Below, piece by piece: positions 40,839 to 50,736 of a stretch of DNA of 64,000 nt. The notes under the pieces were generated by a model. The model searched no databases. It saw only the letters and a list, made by a program, of their open reading frames with translations, and was not told where the DNA came from. This DNA comes from Candidatus Methanomethylicia archaeon. Lineage in GTDB: Archaea > Thermoproteota > Methanomethylicia > Culexarchaeales > Culexarchaeaceae. The stretch's first letter is position 1; each line of letters begins with the position of its first letter. A program made the position numbers and the translations under genes. The stretch lies in contig JAVYVS010000001.1 of the NCBI GenBank assembly GCA_038727515.1, positions 96,001 through 160,000 on the forward strand. Reading direction: 5' to 3'.

Positions 40839-42722
40839 GTGCATTATTTAAATGTTTCTTTTGAACCTGAGGGTAAAAGGGTTAAGGTGAAGTATGGTTC
40901 AACTATTTTTAATGCTGCTATGGAGGCTGGTATTCGTATTAGGTCTGAGTGTGGTGGTATTGGTTTTTGTGGTAAATGTAAAGTTGTAGTTAAAGATGTA
41001 AATGCTGTTAGTGGGTTAAATGATATTGAAAGAAGGTTTTTATCTGAATTTGAAATTCATGAAGGTTATAGATTGGCTTGTCAAACTGAGGTTTTAAATG
41101 ATGTTACAGTATTTATTCCCCATGAGAGTTTTATAGGTTTTTTGAAGATGGAGATTTCAGGTATTGAGAGGAGTATTAATCTTAATCCATTAATTAAAAA
41201 GTTTTATTTGAGATTGTTAAAACCTTCATTAATTGATGCTAAACCAGATTTTGAAAGACTTCAAGAATCTTTAATTAATGTAATTGGGCGTAGAGTTATC
41301 TTCGATATTGATTATGAAGTTTTAAAAGTTTTACCTGAAGTTCTTAGGAGTGCTGATTGGAATGTTACTACTACTTTGTGGGGTGATAATAGGATTATTA
41401 GTGTTGAAGCTGGTGATACTTCAAGGGAAATTTATGGGTTTGCTGTGGATATTGGTACATCAAAGATTGTAGGTCATTTAGTTAATTTAGTTAATGGTGA
41501 AACTATTGCTATTGGTGGTATTGAGAATCCCCAGATGATTTATGGTGAAGATGTATTATCTAGGGTATCATATGCATCCATTAATATTGAGAATCTTAAG
41601 GATTTACAGAAGCTTGTTATTGATGGTATTAATAGGGTTTTATTTGAATTATGTGATAAAGTTAATGTTAATCCAAATAGGATTTATGAAGTTGTTATTG
41701 TTGGTAATACTGTTATGCATCATTTATTTCTGGGAGTAACCCCTAAGTATCTTGCTCTATCACCATATACACCAGTTTTTAAGAGATCAATTAATTTGGT
41801 TGCGAAAGATTTGAATTTAAATATTAATCCTACAGGTGTTATTACTGTTTTACCTATTATTGCTGGTTTTGTTGGTTCTGATGCTATTGCTGATGTTTTA
41901 GCTACTGGCATTCATAAGTTAGATGAGAATTCATTGTTAATTGATATTGGAACTAATACTGAGATTTTCATTGGTAATAGGAGTGATTTAATTTGTTGTT
42001 CATGTGCTTCTGGACCTGCTTTTGAAGGTATGCATATAAAGTATGGTATGAGGGCTGTTGAAGGAGCTATAGAGAAGGTTACTATTGATTCTAATTTAGA
42101 TGTTGAGTATAAAGTTATAGGTGATATTAAACCTAAGGGTATATGTGGTTCTGCAACTATAGATATTATTGCTGGATTATTTAAGAATGGTGTTATAGAT
42201 CGTTTTGGGAAATTTAATGTGGATATTAAATCTAGGAGGATTAAACGTAGTAGTGAAGGATTTGAATTTATAATTGCCTTTAGTGATGAAACTTCCATTG
42301 GAAGAGATATAGTATTTAGTCAGAGGGATATTAGGGAGATTCAACTTGCTAAAGCTGCCATATACTCTGGATGCTATATTTTAATGAAGAAGAAGAATTT
42401 AGGTTTAGATGATATTAATAGAGTGTTTATAGCTGGAGCTTTTGGAAATTATATTGATGTTGAAAATGCTAAAATTATTGGTTTAATACCTGATATTCCA
42501 AGTGATAAAGTTAGATTTGTTGGTAATACTGCTATTGTTGGAGCTAAAATGGCTTTATTATCAAGTGAAGTTAGAAGTGAAGCTGAATCTTTAGCTAATA
42601 TTATTCGTTACCATGAACTTGCCGCTGACCCTAATTTTCAAATGGAATTTCTCAATTCCATCCCTATACCTCATAAAGAATTGGATAGATTTCCAAATGT
42701 TAAAAAGCTTTTAAATCTTTAA
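40839..42722 (+). CDS. Corrinoid reductive activase RACo/RamA-like (2Fe-2S + ASKHA)
   Basis: CGGIGFCGKC...RLAC, DIGTS, DIGTN, AGAFG. Confidence 0.93.
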   Translation: MHYLNVSFEPEGKRVKVKYGSTIFNAAMEAGIRIRSECGGIGFCGKCKVVVKDVNAVSGLNDIERRFLSEFEIHEGYRLACQTEVLNDVTVFIPHESFIGFLKMEISGIERSINLNPLIKKFYLRLLKPSLIDAKPDFERLQESLINVIGRRVIFDIDYEVLKVLPEVLRSADWNVTTTLWGDNRIISVEAGDTSREIYGFAVDIGTSKIVGHLVNLVNGETIAIGGIENPQMIYGEDVLSRVSYASINIENLKDLQKLVIDGINRVLFELCDKVNVNPNRIYEVVIVGNTVMHHLFLGVTPKYLALSPYTPVFKRSINLVAKDLNLNINPTGVITVLPIIAGFVGSDAIADVLATGIHKLDENSLLIDIGTNTEIFIGNRSDLICCSCASGPAFEGMHIKYGMRAVEGAIEKVTIDSNLDVEYKVIGDIKPKGICGSATIDIIAGLFKNGVIDRFGKFNVDIKSRRIKRSSEGFEFIIAFSDETSIGRDIVFSQRDIREIQLAKAAIYSGCYILMKKKNLGLDDINRVFIAGAFGNYIDVENAKIIGLIPDIPSDKVRFVGNTAIVGAKMALLSSEVRSEAESLANIIRYHELAADPNFQMEFLNSIPIPHKELDRFPNVKKLLNL

Positions 42723-43591
42723 ATTTCCTTTTGTTCACCCATTCTTTTAAGGTATTTATATGATGTATTTATAGCATATGTTGCTGGATAAATGTATTTA
42801 CAGTTTTCTATTGGTCCATAAATTACAAAATCTGCTCCAAGAATTATTGGCATTATATTAACTGCAATATCACATGGTTTTACAGCTTCCACCCCCATAA
42901 ACTTCTTCAATCCAATCCAAGTTGTTATCGCGTTATGTGCTCCACATCCACATGGATAACCTAATTCCCCTTTTAAATCTATTATTGTTTTACAAGCTAT
43001 TGATAAACTTGGTATATCTATTACAAATGTATCTAATAGTGGTTTCGTTACCCCTGCCTCTTCAGCCTTCCTCAGTAATTCCTTTAATGCTTCCATCCTC
43101 ATCTTACTACTCATAACTCCACTTTTATATGCTAAGAGTATTGCACTTTTAATTCCATATTCCATTATAGCTTTAAATTCCACTTCCTTTGATTCTGGTA
43201 TTAATGAGTTGTATACAATCTTATCCTCAATTCCTATTTCTTTTGCATATTTTACTCCAGCAATTTTAACTTCAGCACTTGGTGAATCTATTAGTATTGG
43301 CATATTCGTAGTATTAACTGAAAATTCAATGAATTTACACATAGCTTCTTTCGTAGATGCTATAACATCAAGCATTCCTGGAATACCCGTTTTACCAATA
43401 AATTCCTCCTTTAATTTAATTAGTTTCTCAGCCTTCTCCCTATTGAATTCTCCAGTTTTCTCATTTAAAACGATCTTATGTCCATGATAGAATATACTTC
43501 CAATTAATACAGTTGGATTCTCACCTGGTTGTCCACCTACTTTAACTCCACCTATCTCAAAAACTTTTTGAGGTGTCTTAAACTTCAACAT
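42719..43591 (-). CDS. mtrH: MtrH/MtgA-like methylcorrinoid:pterin methyltransferase
   Basis: GGQPGENPTVLIGSIFY, GCGAHNA, GADFVIYGPIE. Confidence 0.92.
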   Translation of the reverse strand: MLKFKTPQKVFEIGGVKVGGQPGENPTVLIGSIFYHGHKIVLNEKTGEFNREKAEKLIKLKEEFIGKTGIPGMLDVIASTKEAMCKFIEFSVNTTNMPILIDSPSAEVKIAGVKYAKEIGIEDKIVYNSLIPESKEVEFKAIMEYGIKSAILLAYKSGVMSSKMRMEALKELLRKAEEAGVTKPLLDTFVIDIPSLSIACKTIIDLKGELGYPCGCGAHNAITTWIGLKKFMGVEAVKPCDIAVNIMPIILGADFVIYGPIENCKYIYPATYAINTSYKYLKRMGEQKEI

Positions 43592-43634
43592 TTCAATCTA
43601 AATTACTTGTTAAATTAAACATATATAATTCTCT

Positions 43635-45110
43635 ATGGGAAGTATAATTGTTGAAGGTTTTATGTTGAAATTAAATATATCTAGATTTGAATTACTTAGT
43701 AGAGATGATCTTTATAGGATTCATGATTCAACGTTAAAGATTTTGGAAGAAACTGGTGTTGTTTTTAGACATAAGAATGCTCTTAAAATTTTTGATGAGT
43801 TTGGTGCGAAAGTTGATTATAAAACAGGGAGAGTTTTTATTCCACATCATCTTATTGATGAAGCTTTAAAGAAAGTTCCAAAAAGGATTGTTTGGTATGC
43901 TAGAGTTGATGAAAAGAGTATGAAGATTGAAGATGGTATAGTGAATTTTGGTGGGATGCGTACTCCAGCATTTATTTATGATCTGGAAACTGGGTTTAGA
44001 AGGAGATCTACGAAAACTGATTTTGAGAATATTGTGAAGATCATGGATTACTTAGAGTTAATTGATGAAGGATATGGTTCTGTTCATATTGGAGATGTAC
44101 CTGAAAATCTTTCACATCTCTATGCAATTCTAATTCAAATTAAGAATACTGGAAAGCCTATTTGGGGTAGGGTTAGAGGTGGTAATGTAGCTAGAGATTG
44201 CCTCAATATGATTTCTATGGTTGCTGGTGGCAGAGAGGAGCTTAGGAAGAAGCCGATGATTGCTTGTTCCATTAATCCCACAAGTCCATTGCAATGGGAT
44301 GTTAAAATGATAGAGGGGATGATGGAATATGTTAAATTGAATCAAATAGTTATCCCTTCCTCAGAGGTGATGTCTGGTGCTACTGGTCCAGTGACTTTAG
44401 CTGGAACTATAGTTCAACAAAATGCTGAAATTCTTTCAATGATAGTTTTAATACAAATCATAAATCCTGGGAATCCAGTTTTATATGGAACTGTTTCCAC
44501 GGCAATGGATATGAAGACTGCAAATACTAGAACTGGAGGCCCAGAATTGGGTATTATGCATATTATTTCTGCACAATTGGCTAGAATGTATGGAATACCC
44601 TCTAGAGGAGCTGCTGGATGTACTGATTCTAAAATTCTAGATGTTCAAGCTGGTTATGAAGCAGCCTTTAATCTACTTTTAGCAGTATTATCTGGATTTA
44701 ATTTTATTACATATGCTCTAGGTGGTGTAGAATCTTCATTATCTGTATGTTATGAGAAGATTTTAACTGATTATGAATTTCTCAATATGATTAAGAGATT
44801 GGTGGATGGTGTTGAAGTTTCTGATGATACTCTAGCTATTGATTTAATTAATAAAGTTGGACCTGGAGGACACTTCTTAGCACAAAAACATACTAGAGAG
44901 TATCATAGGAGAGAACATTTTATACCAAAAATCTTTAATACTCAATCCTATGATAGATGGTTTAAATCTGAATTTAGAGATATTAGAGATAGAGCTAGAG
45001 AAGAGGTTAAGAGGATTCTTAAGGAACATGAGCCTCCTCCAATTGATAAAACTTTAGAGAAGGAATTAATGGATTATTTAAAGAAGATGGAAGAAGCTTA
45101 CTGTAAATAA
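43635..45110 (+). CDS. mttB: MttB-superfamily methyltransferase (non-pyrrolysine)
   Basis: SPLQWD, GATGPVTLAG, DSKILDVQAGYE, VGPGGHFL; no in-frame TAG. Confidence 0.92.
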   Translation: MGSIIVEGFMLKLNISRFELLSRDDLYRIHDSTLKILEETGVVFRHKNALKIFDEFGAKVDYKTGRVFIPHHLIDEALKKVPKRIVWYARVDEKSMKIEDGIVNFGGMRTPAFIYDLETGFRRRSTKTDFENIVKIMDYLELIDEGYGSVHIGDVPENLSHLYAILIQIKNTGKPIWGRVRGGNVARDCLNMISMVAGGREELRKKPMIACSINPTSPLQWDVKMIEGMMEYVKLNQIVIPSSEVMSGATGPVTLAGTIVQQNAEILSMIVLIQIINPGNPVLYGTVSTAMDMKTANTRTGGPELGIMHIISAQLARMYGIPSRGAAGCTDSKILDVQAGYEAAFNLLLAVLSGFNFITYALGGVESSLSVCYEKILTDYEFLNMIKRLVDGVEVSDDTLAIDLINKVGPGGHFLAQKHTREYHRREHFIPKIFNTQSYDRWFKSEFRDIRDRAREEVKRILKEHEPPPIDKTLEKELMDYLKKMEEAYCK

Positions 45111-45175
45111 TTGTGTATTCATTAAGTTTTAATAATTATGTATTTATAGGTTTAATTCAAGATGGAGGTTATGTT

Positions 45176-45826
45176 ATGAGGGAAATTATTTTGAATAAAT
45201 TGATGGAAGCTATTTTGAATTATGATATTGAAGGTGCTGTTAAAGCTGCTGAAGAAGCTCTTAAATATGGTTTAGATCCTATTGATGCTATTGAGAATGG
45301 CCTTGCTAAGGGTATTAAGATTGTTGGTGAAAAATTTGGTTCTGGCGAGATCTTTTTAACTGAACTTGCTATAGCTGCTGAAGCTATGAAGGAAGCTCTT
45401 AAAATTTTTGAGCCAGCTATATTGAAGAGTGGTAGAGAGAGGAAGGTTTTGGGGAGAATTGTTATTGGAACTGTTGAAGGAGATATACATGATATTGGTA
45501 AGAATATTGTGAGTACCCTCCTCATGGCTTCTGGATTTGAAGTTATCGATCTTGGAGTTGATGTTCCAGTGGAAGTCTTCGTGGAAAAGGTTAAAGAGCT
45601 TAAACCTGATATTCTCGCTCTATCCGCTTTAATGACGACAACTATGATTAAAATGGTGGATGTTATAAAGGCTCTTGAACGTGAAGGTTTAAGAGATAAG
45701 GTTAAGGTTATGATTGGTGGTGCTCCAACATCTAAGGATTGGGCTAGGGAGATTGGTGCTGATGGTCATGGTGTAGATGCTATAGAAGCTGTGGAAGTAG
45801 CTAAGAAGCTTATTGGAGTAGCTTAA
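45176..45826 (+). CDS. Cognate corrinoid protein (MttC/MtbC-like)
   Basis: GDIHDIGKN, SALMTTT, GGAP; GGAGG before ATG 45176. Confidence 0.95.
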   Translation: MREIILNKLMEAILNYDIEGAVKAAEEALKYGLDPIDAIENGLAKGIKIVGEKFGSGEIFLTELAIAAEAMKEALKIFEPAILKSGRERKVLGRIVIGTVEGDIHDIGKNIVSTLLMASGFEVIDLGVDVPVEVFVEKVKELKPDILALSALMTTTMIKMVDVIKALEREGLRDKVKVMIGGAPTSKDWAREIGADGHGVDAIEAVEVAKKLIGVA

Positions 45827-45843
45827 GTATGGTGATTTAATCT

Positions 45844-47280
45844 ATGAGCACCCCTAAAATTCAATTGTTATCTAAAGAAGAAATTGAGTGTATTCATTAT
45901 TCTTCAATTAAGATTTTGGAAGAAGTTGGTGTAAAGATATATAATGATAATGCTCTTAAACTACTCTATGATAATGGTTGTGAAGTGGATTTTAATAGGA
46001 AGATTGTCCGTATACCTCAACCTCTAGTTAAAGAAGCTTTAAGTAAAACTCCATCCACCATAAAACTTTATGGTAGAAGTAGAAGTTATGATCGTATAAT
46101 TGGAGGGGATATTGTTACATTTAATCCAGGTTCAGCTGCACTATACATTTTAGATTATGATAGGAATGAAATTAGAAAGCCTACTTCCAATGATTTAGCG
46201 AATTTAGTTAGATTGGCTGATGCACTTGAGAATATTCACGCTCAGAGTACAGCTTTAGTTGTTTCAGATGTTCCAGAATCTATTGTTGATCGTTACCGCC
46301 TCTATATTGTCCTTAAAAATTCTCCTAAACCAATAATTACCGGTGCATTTACAATTGATGGAATTTACGATATGAAGCGTATGCTTGAAATTGTAGTTGG
46401 TGGTGAAGAAGAATTAATTAAGAAGCCTATGGCTATATTTGATGTATGTCCTTCATCACCATTAAATTGGAGTGAGATTGTAACTCAAAATTTAATTGAT
46501 TGTGCTAAATTTAATTTACCCATTGAAATAATTCCAGCTCCTCAATTGGGTGCTACCGGCCCTGTCACCATAGCTGGCTCCGTGGCTCAGCATAATGCTG
46601 AATTTCTAAGTGGTTTAGTTATGGCTCAACTTGTTAATCCAAAGACTCCTGTAATCTATGGTGGTTCACCTACAGTTTTAGATCAAAGGTTTGCTACCCC
46701 CTCTCTTGGAGCTATAGAAGCTATTATGGTTGTTTGTTGTTATACTCAGATTGCTAAGAATTATGGAATTCCAACACATGCATATCTTGGAATTAGTGAT
46801 TCAAAGATTATTGATGCTCAATGTGGTTTTGAATCTAGTATTGGAATATTTCTAGGTGTTCTTGCAGGGGTAAATGTTATTTCTGGTCCTGGAATGCTTA
46901 TCTCTGAGAATTGTCAAAGTTTAGAGAAGCTTGTTATAGATAATGAAATATGTGGTATGGCTTTGAGATTGGCTAGAGGTGTAAAAGTTGATGAGGATAC
47001 TCTTGCTATTGATTTAATTAAGAAGGTGGGTCCGGGAGGTATGTATCTAGCTGAGAAACATACTCTTAAACATTTTAGGAGTGAATTGTTAATACCCTCT
47101 GAAATTATTGATAGGAGGGATTGGAAGGTTTGGATGGATTGTGGAAGTAAAGATACTGTTAAACGAGCACATGAAATTACTTCAAAAATTTTAAGTAAAC
47201 ATAAACCTGAACCTCTACCAATTGATGTTGAGAAAGAACTTGATAACTTCGTTAAAGAGATCTTAAAGAAGAAGTGTTGA
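45844..47280 (+). CDS. mttB: Second MttB-superfamily methyltransferase (non-pyrrolysine)
   Basis: SPLNW, GATGPVTIAG, DSKIIDAQ, VGPGGMYL; no in-frame TAG. Confidence 0.92.
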   Translation: MSTPKIQLLSKEEIECIHYSSIKILEEVGVKIYNDNALKLLYDNGCEVDFNRKIVRIPQPLVKEALSKTPSTIKLYGRSRSYDRIIGGDIVTFNPGSAALYILDYDRNEIRKPTSNDLANLVRLADALENIHAQSTALVVSDVPESIVDRYRLYIVLKNSPKPIITGAFTIDGIYDMKRMLEIVVGGEEELIKKPMAIFDVCPSSPLNWSEIVTQNLIDCAKFNLPIEIIPAPQLGATGPVTIAGSVAQHNAEFLSGLVMAQLVNPKTPVIYGGSPTVLDQRFATPSLGAIEAIMVVCCYTQIAKNYGIPTHAYLGISDSKIIDAQCGFESSIGIFLGVLAGVNVISGPGMLISENCQSLEKLVIDNEICGMALRLARGVKVDEDTLAIDLIKKVGPGGMYLAEKHTLKHFRSELLIPSEIIDRRDWKVWMDCGSKDTVKRAHEITSKILSKHKPEPLPIDVEKELDNFVKEILKKKC

Positions 47281-47349
47281 ATCCTCAAAATTTTACAATA
47301 CATATTTATTTTGAAGAATATAATGATAGAATTAATTGAAAATCCATAA

Positions 47350-47503
47350 CTTCATCAAAATCATTGTTTTTACATCCTTTTAATTCCCAATTCATTCCCA
47401 TGAACCTTTAATTAAATTGATAGTAACATGATAAAATTGTGTAAATGGTATTATTCTCTTTTTCAATACTTCACACCTTAACTTTTACCCTAACAAAGCC
47501 TAC
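47350..47503 (-). pseudogene. Decayed clan AA aspartyl protease remnant
   Basis: VGFVRVKVKV*SIEKE, IYTILS and ELGIKR fragments resemble the N-terminus of archaeal retropepsin-like proteins; the DTG segment is missing. Confidence 0.45.
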
Positions 47504-47608
47504 TACTCATATAAAGAAAAGGATGTTAACTCGAAGAAAACGCCGAACTATAATTATCCAAAGACTATAAATGATTTAAATATTATTTATAGAATTTTAT
47601 TTACGTGG

Positions 47609-48850
47609 TTGGTGTTTTCTTTGAGTTTTGCTTTGTCAATGGTTTGTGAGAAGTGTGGTAGAGAGTATCCTTTGGATAGTTATAGTTTTAGATGTTTTGA
47701 TTGTAATGAGCCTATAATGGTGCTATATGATTATGAAGCTTTGAAAGATTCTCTGAGTAGAGATTCTCTGAAATCTAGGGTTTTTAATGTTTGGCGTTAT
47801 AGAGAGCTTCTACCAATTAAGGGAGATAATGTAGTATCTTTATTTGAGGGTGGAACTCCATTGATAAAGAGTTTTAGGATTCATAGGCTTTTTGGTTTTA
47901 GGAATTTATATTTTAAGGATGAGAGTAGAAATCCCACTGGATCATTTAAGGATAGGGGTTCTAGTGTTGGTGTTTCAAAGGCTTTGGAAATTGGAGCTAA
48001 AGTTGTTGGTTGTGCATCTACTGGGAATATGGCTTCTTCTCTATCTGCATATGCTACTAAAGCTGGTTTAAAATGTATAATTTTAATTCCAAGGAATACC
48101 CCCATGGAGAAGATTATGCAAACTCTATATTATGATCCATTAACTTTCTCTGTGGATTTACCATACCCTGAACTCTATAAGCTTTCCTTTGAAGCTGCTT
48201 TAAATCATGGTTTATATTTAGTTCATTCCGATAGTCCTATGAGGATTGAAGGTCAAAAAACTATTGCATATGAAATTTGTGAACAATTGAATTGGATTGC
48301 TCCTGATGTTGTTATTGTTCCAACTAGTAGTGGAGGTAATTTTAGTGCTATTTGGAAGGGGTTTAAAGAGTTTTATGATTTAGGTTTTATAGGTAAACTT
48401 CCAAGGATGATTTGTGTTCAAAGTAGTGGATGTGCACCTATTGTTGAAGCTTTTAAATCTGGTGGAGATTTAAAGCCTTGGGTTAATCCTAAGACTATTG
48501 CACATTCCATATCTAATCCCAATCCATCTCTAGCTAGTGGTAATCGTGTTTTAAGAATTTTAAGGGAAAACAATGGTTATGCTGAAATGGTTTCTGATCG
48601 TGAAATTTCTGAATTTCAAAGGATACTTGCTATTTGTGAGGGTTTATTTATTGAACCTGCTTCTGCAGCTTCTGTAGCTGTTTTACATAGATTGTTGGAT
48701 GATGGTATTATAGATAGAGATGAAACTATTGTATGTATCCTAACTGGTTCTGGATTTAAAGATTTAAATGCAATAAGAAATTATATTAAAGTTCCAATTA
48801 TGGTAGGTTCTAAAGAGGAATTTATTGAGAATATTACCAGTATTAGTTGA
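47609..48850 (+). CDS. thrC: Threonine synthase
   Basis: EGGTPL, NPTGSFKDRG, ASTGN, EGQKT, EPASA, LTGSGFK. Confidence 0.92.
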   Translation: MVFSLSFALSMVCEKCGREYPLDSYSFRCFDCNEPIMVLYDYEALKDSLSRDSLKSRVFNVWRYRELLPIKGDNVVSLFEGGTPLIKSFRIHRLFGFRNLYFKDESRNPTGSFKDRGSSVGVSKALEIGAKVVGCASTGNMASSLSAYATKAGLKCIILIPRNTPMEKIMQTLYYDPLTFSVDLPYPELYKLSFEAALNHGLYLVHSDSPMRIEGQKTIAYEICEQLNWIAPDVVIVPTSSGGNFSAIWKGFKEFYDLGFIGKLPRMICVQSSGCAPIVEAFKSGGDLKPWVNPKTIAHSISNPNPSLASGNRVLRILRENNGYAEMVSDREISEFQRILAICEGLFIEPASAASVAVLHRLLDDGIIDRDETIVCILTGSGFKDLNAIRNYIKVPIMVGSKEEFIENITSIS

Positions 48851-48898
48851 TTAGTGTATTCTAGTAAACTTTAAATGTAAATTTTTATACTTTATTTT

Positions 48899-49663
48899 GT
48901 GTTTAACGATATATCTATTAAATTGATTCTTTCATTGGGGAAGTTGGGTGAATCTAGATTTAATGATTTAAAATCTTTCATTAAGAATTCTAGGAGTTTA
49001 TCTATTAATTTGAAGAAGCTTATGAATATGGGTTTAGTGGAGAATGTTAATGGATTATATAAGTTAACTGATAGAGGTGTTAAAGTTAATGAACTTTTGA
49101 GGGAGATTCATAATTTGATTTCATTATCTAGTTTTAAAATTGAGAATTTTGAGAGGATTCCACACTTATACTTTTCTCATTTAATTAAGAGGTATTGTGA
49201 ATTGCTTTTGGATTATTTTGGTGATAGATTGATTAGTATTATGCTTTTTGGCTCTATTGCTAGGGGTGATTGGAGTAGGGATAGTGATATTGATATTCTA
49301 ATTGTAGTTGATGGTTGGAATGATAAACCTATTTGGGTTAGAATTGGAGAGCTTAAGAATGTTAAGAAGATGCTTGAAGATACCTTTGAATTTAAAAAGG
49401 CTTTAAATGCTGGTTTTTGGCCTATAATTCAAAATTACCCTTTAAGTTTAGAGGAGGCTAAAAGGTTTAATAGGATTTATCTTGATGCTATTATCGATGG
49501 AATTATACTTTATGATAAGAATGATTTCTTGAAGAATGTTTTAGATAAGATTCGTAGGAGGATGGAGGCTTTAGGTTCTATGAGGATTACTCTGCTAAAT
49601 GGTAAATTTTACTGGGTTTTGAAGGGTGATATAATTGCTGGAGAGGTTATAGATTTTGAGTGA
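48899..49663 (+). CDS. wHTH + minimal nucleotidyltransferase fusion
   Basis: N-terminal HTH (YKLTDRG); LFGSIARG...SDIDILIV. Confidence 0.88.
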   Translation: MFNDISIKLILSLGKLGESRFNDLKSFIKNSRSLSINLKKLMNMGLVENVNGLYKLTDRGVKVNELLREIHNLISLSSFKIENFERIPHLYFSHLIKRYCELLLDYFGDRLISIMLFGSIARGDWSRDSDIDILIVVDGWNDKPIWVRIGELKNVKKMLEDTFEFKKALNAGFWPIIQNYPLSLEEAKRFNRIYLDAIIDGIILYDKNDFLKNVLDKIRRRMEALGSMRITLLNGKFYWVLKGDIIAGEVIDFE

Positions 49664-50105
49664 AACTACAAATATTAAATTGGCTATTTCCGCATTGAAG
49701 AGGGCTGGTAGATGGCTTATGGGTGCATTTAGAGCTTTAGAAGATGGTAGATGGGATGATGTTGTTTATTCATCTCAAATGGTTGTTGAACAATCTTCAA
49801 AGGCTGTTTTAATAGCTCTTGGAATAGATTATCCAAAGGAACATGATGTTAGTATAGCATTTAAACATATTTTGAAATTGAAGAATATCCCAGAATGGTT
49901 TATAGTATTAATTGATGAACTCTCCGATAATATTTCTGAACTTGCAGAATTGAGGGGTTTAGCTGGATATGGATATGAAGAGGGTATAGATGTAGATTAC
50001 TTTAAAGATTATGCCCCCATAGCCTATGAAAAAGCTAAGAAACATTATGATGCATGTTCTAGATTACTTAGGGAATTATTCCATTTAAATGTGGATCATG
50101 TTTAG
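49656..50105 (+). CDS. HEPN domain protein
   Basis: QMVVEQSSKAVL, PKEHD, RGLAGY; overlaps the MNT gene. Confidence 0.88.
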   Translation: MSETTNIKLAISALKRAGRWLMGAFRALEDGRWDDVVYSSQMVVEQSSKAVLIALGIDYPKEHDVSIAFKHILKLKNIPEWFIVLIDELSDNISELAELRGLAGYGYEEGIDVDYFKDYAPIAYEKAKKHYDACSRLLRELFHLNVDHV

Positions 50106-50112
50106 TAATGAT

Positions 50113-50697
50113 TTACATAGTCCACATATTGTATCTATGTAATTCTTTAAAATCTCTTTCAGCTCTATCGATTGAGAAATTTATGAATTCACTTAAACAA
50201 CCCTTCTTACCCATATAATTATTCCATGATTTTATAGTTTCCCTCCAAAGACTTAATTCTAAAATACGTATTTTTGCAAGTCTAATTAAGCTCTTTTCAA
50301 TATTCTTCGGTATATTTTTCGAGTCTACTTTTAATCCTGGACACTTCCCTATAGCTTCATCATTAACTCCTATTCTTATCCCTCCATTTCTCTTAATTAT
50401 GTATAGGAATGGATAAAATCTACATACTAATGGTTTAAATTTATGTACTAAACATTTGCCATCTTCTAGGAATATACACATTTTTTCTTCTCTATGTAGT
50501 GATATATAGTATTCACCATCTTCAATCATCACTATAAATTCATCTTTAATGGGCTTTTCATCTACATTCTTTAAATCTACAATTTTCTTTAATTGATATC
50601 CACCATACATCTTTAATCTAAGCATATCAAGATGTGTTATGGGTATCCAATACCATTCACAACATTTCCCACATAATATACAATTGAATTCCACCAT
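50113..50697 (-). CDS. YkgJ family cysteine-cluster protein
   Basis: CILCGKCC, CIFL, KPLVCRFYPF, CPG. Confidence 0.9.
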   Translation of the reverse strand: MVEFNCILCGKCCEWYWIPITHLDMLRLKMYGGYQLKKIVDLKNVDEKPIKDEFIVMIEDGEYYISLHREEKMCIFLEDGKCLVHKFKPLVCRFYPFLYIIKRNGGIRIGVNDEAIGKCPGLKVDSKNIPKNIEKSLIRLAKIRILELSLWRETIKSWNNYMGKKGCLSEFINFSIDRAERDFKELHRYNMWTM

Positions 50698-50736
50698 TTC
50701 TAGACAACCTCGTTGTAGAGATCACCTAGAAATGGT

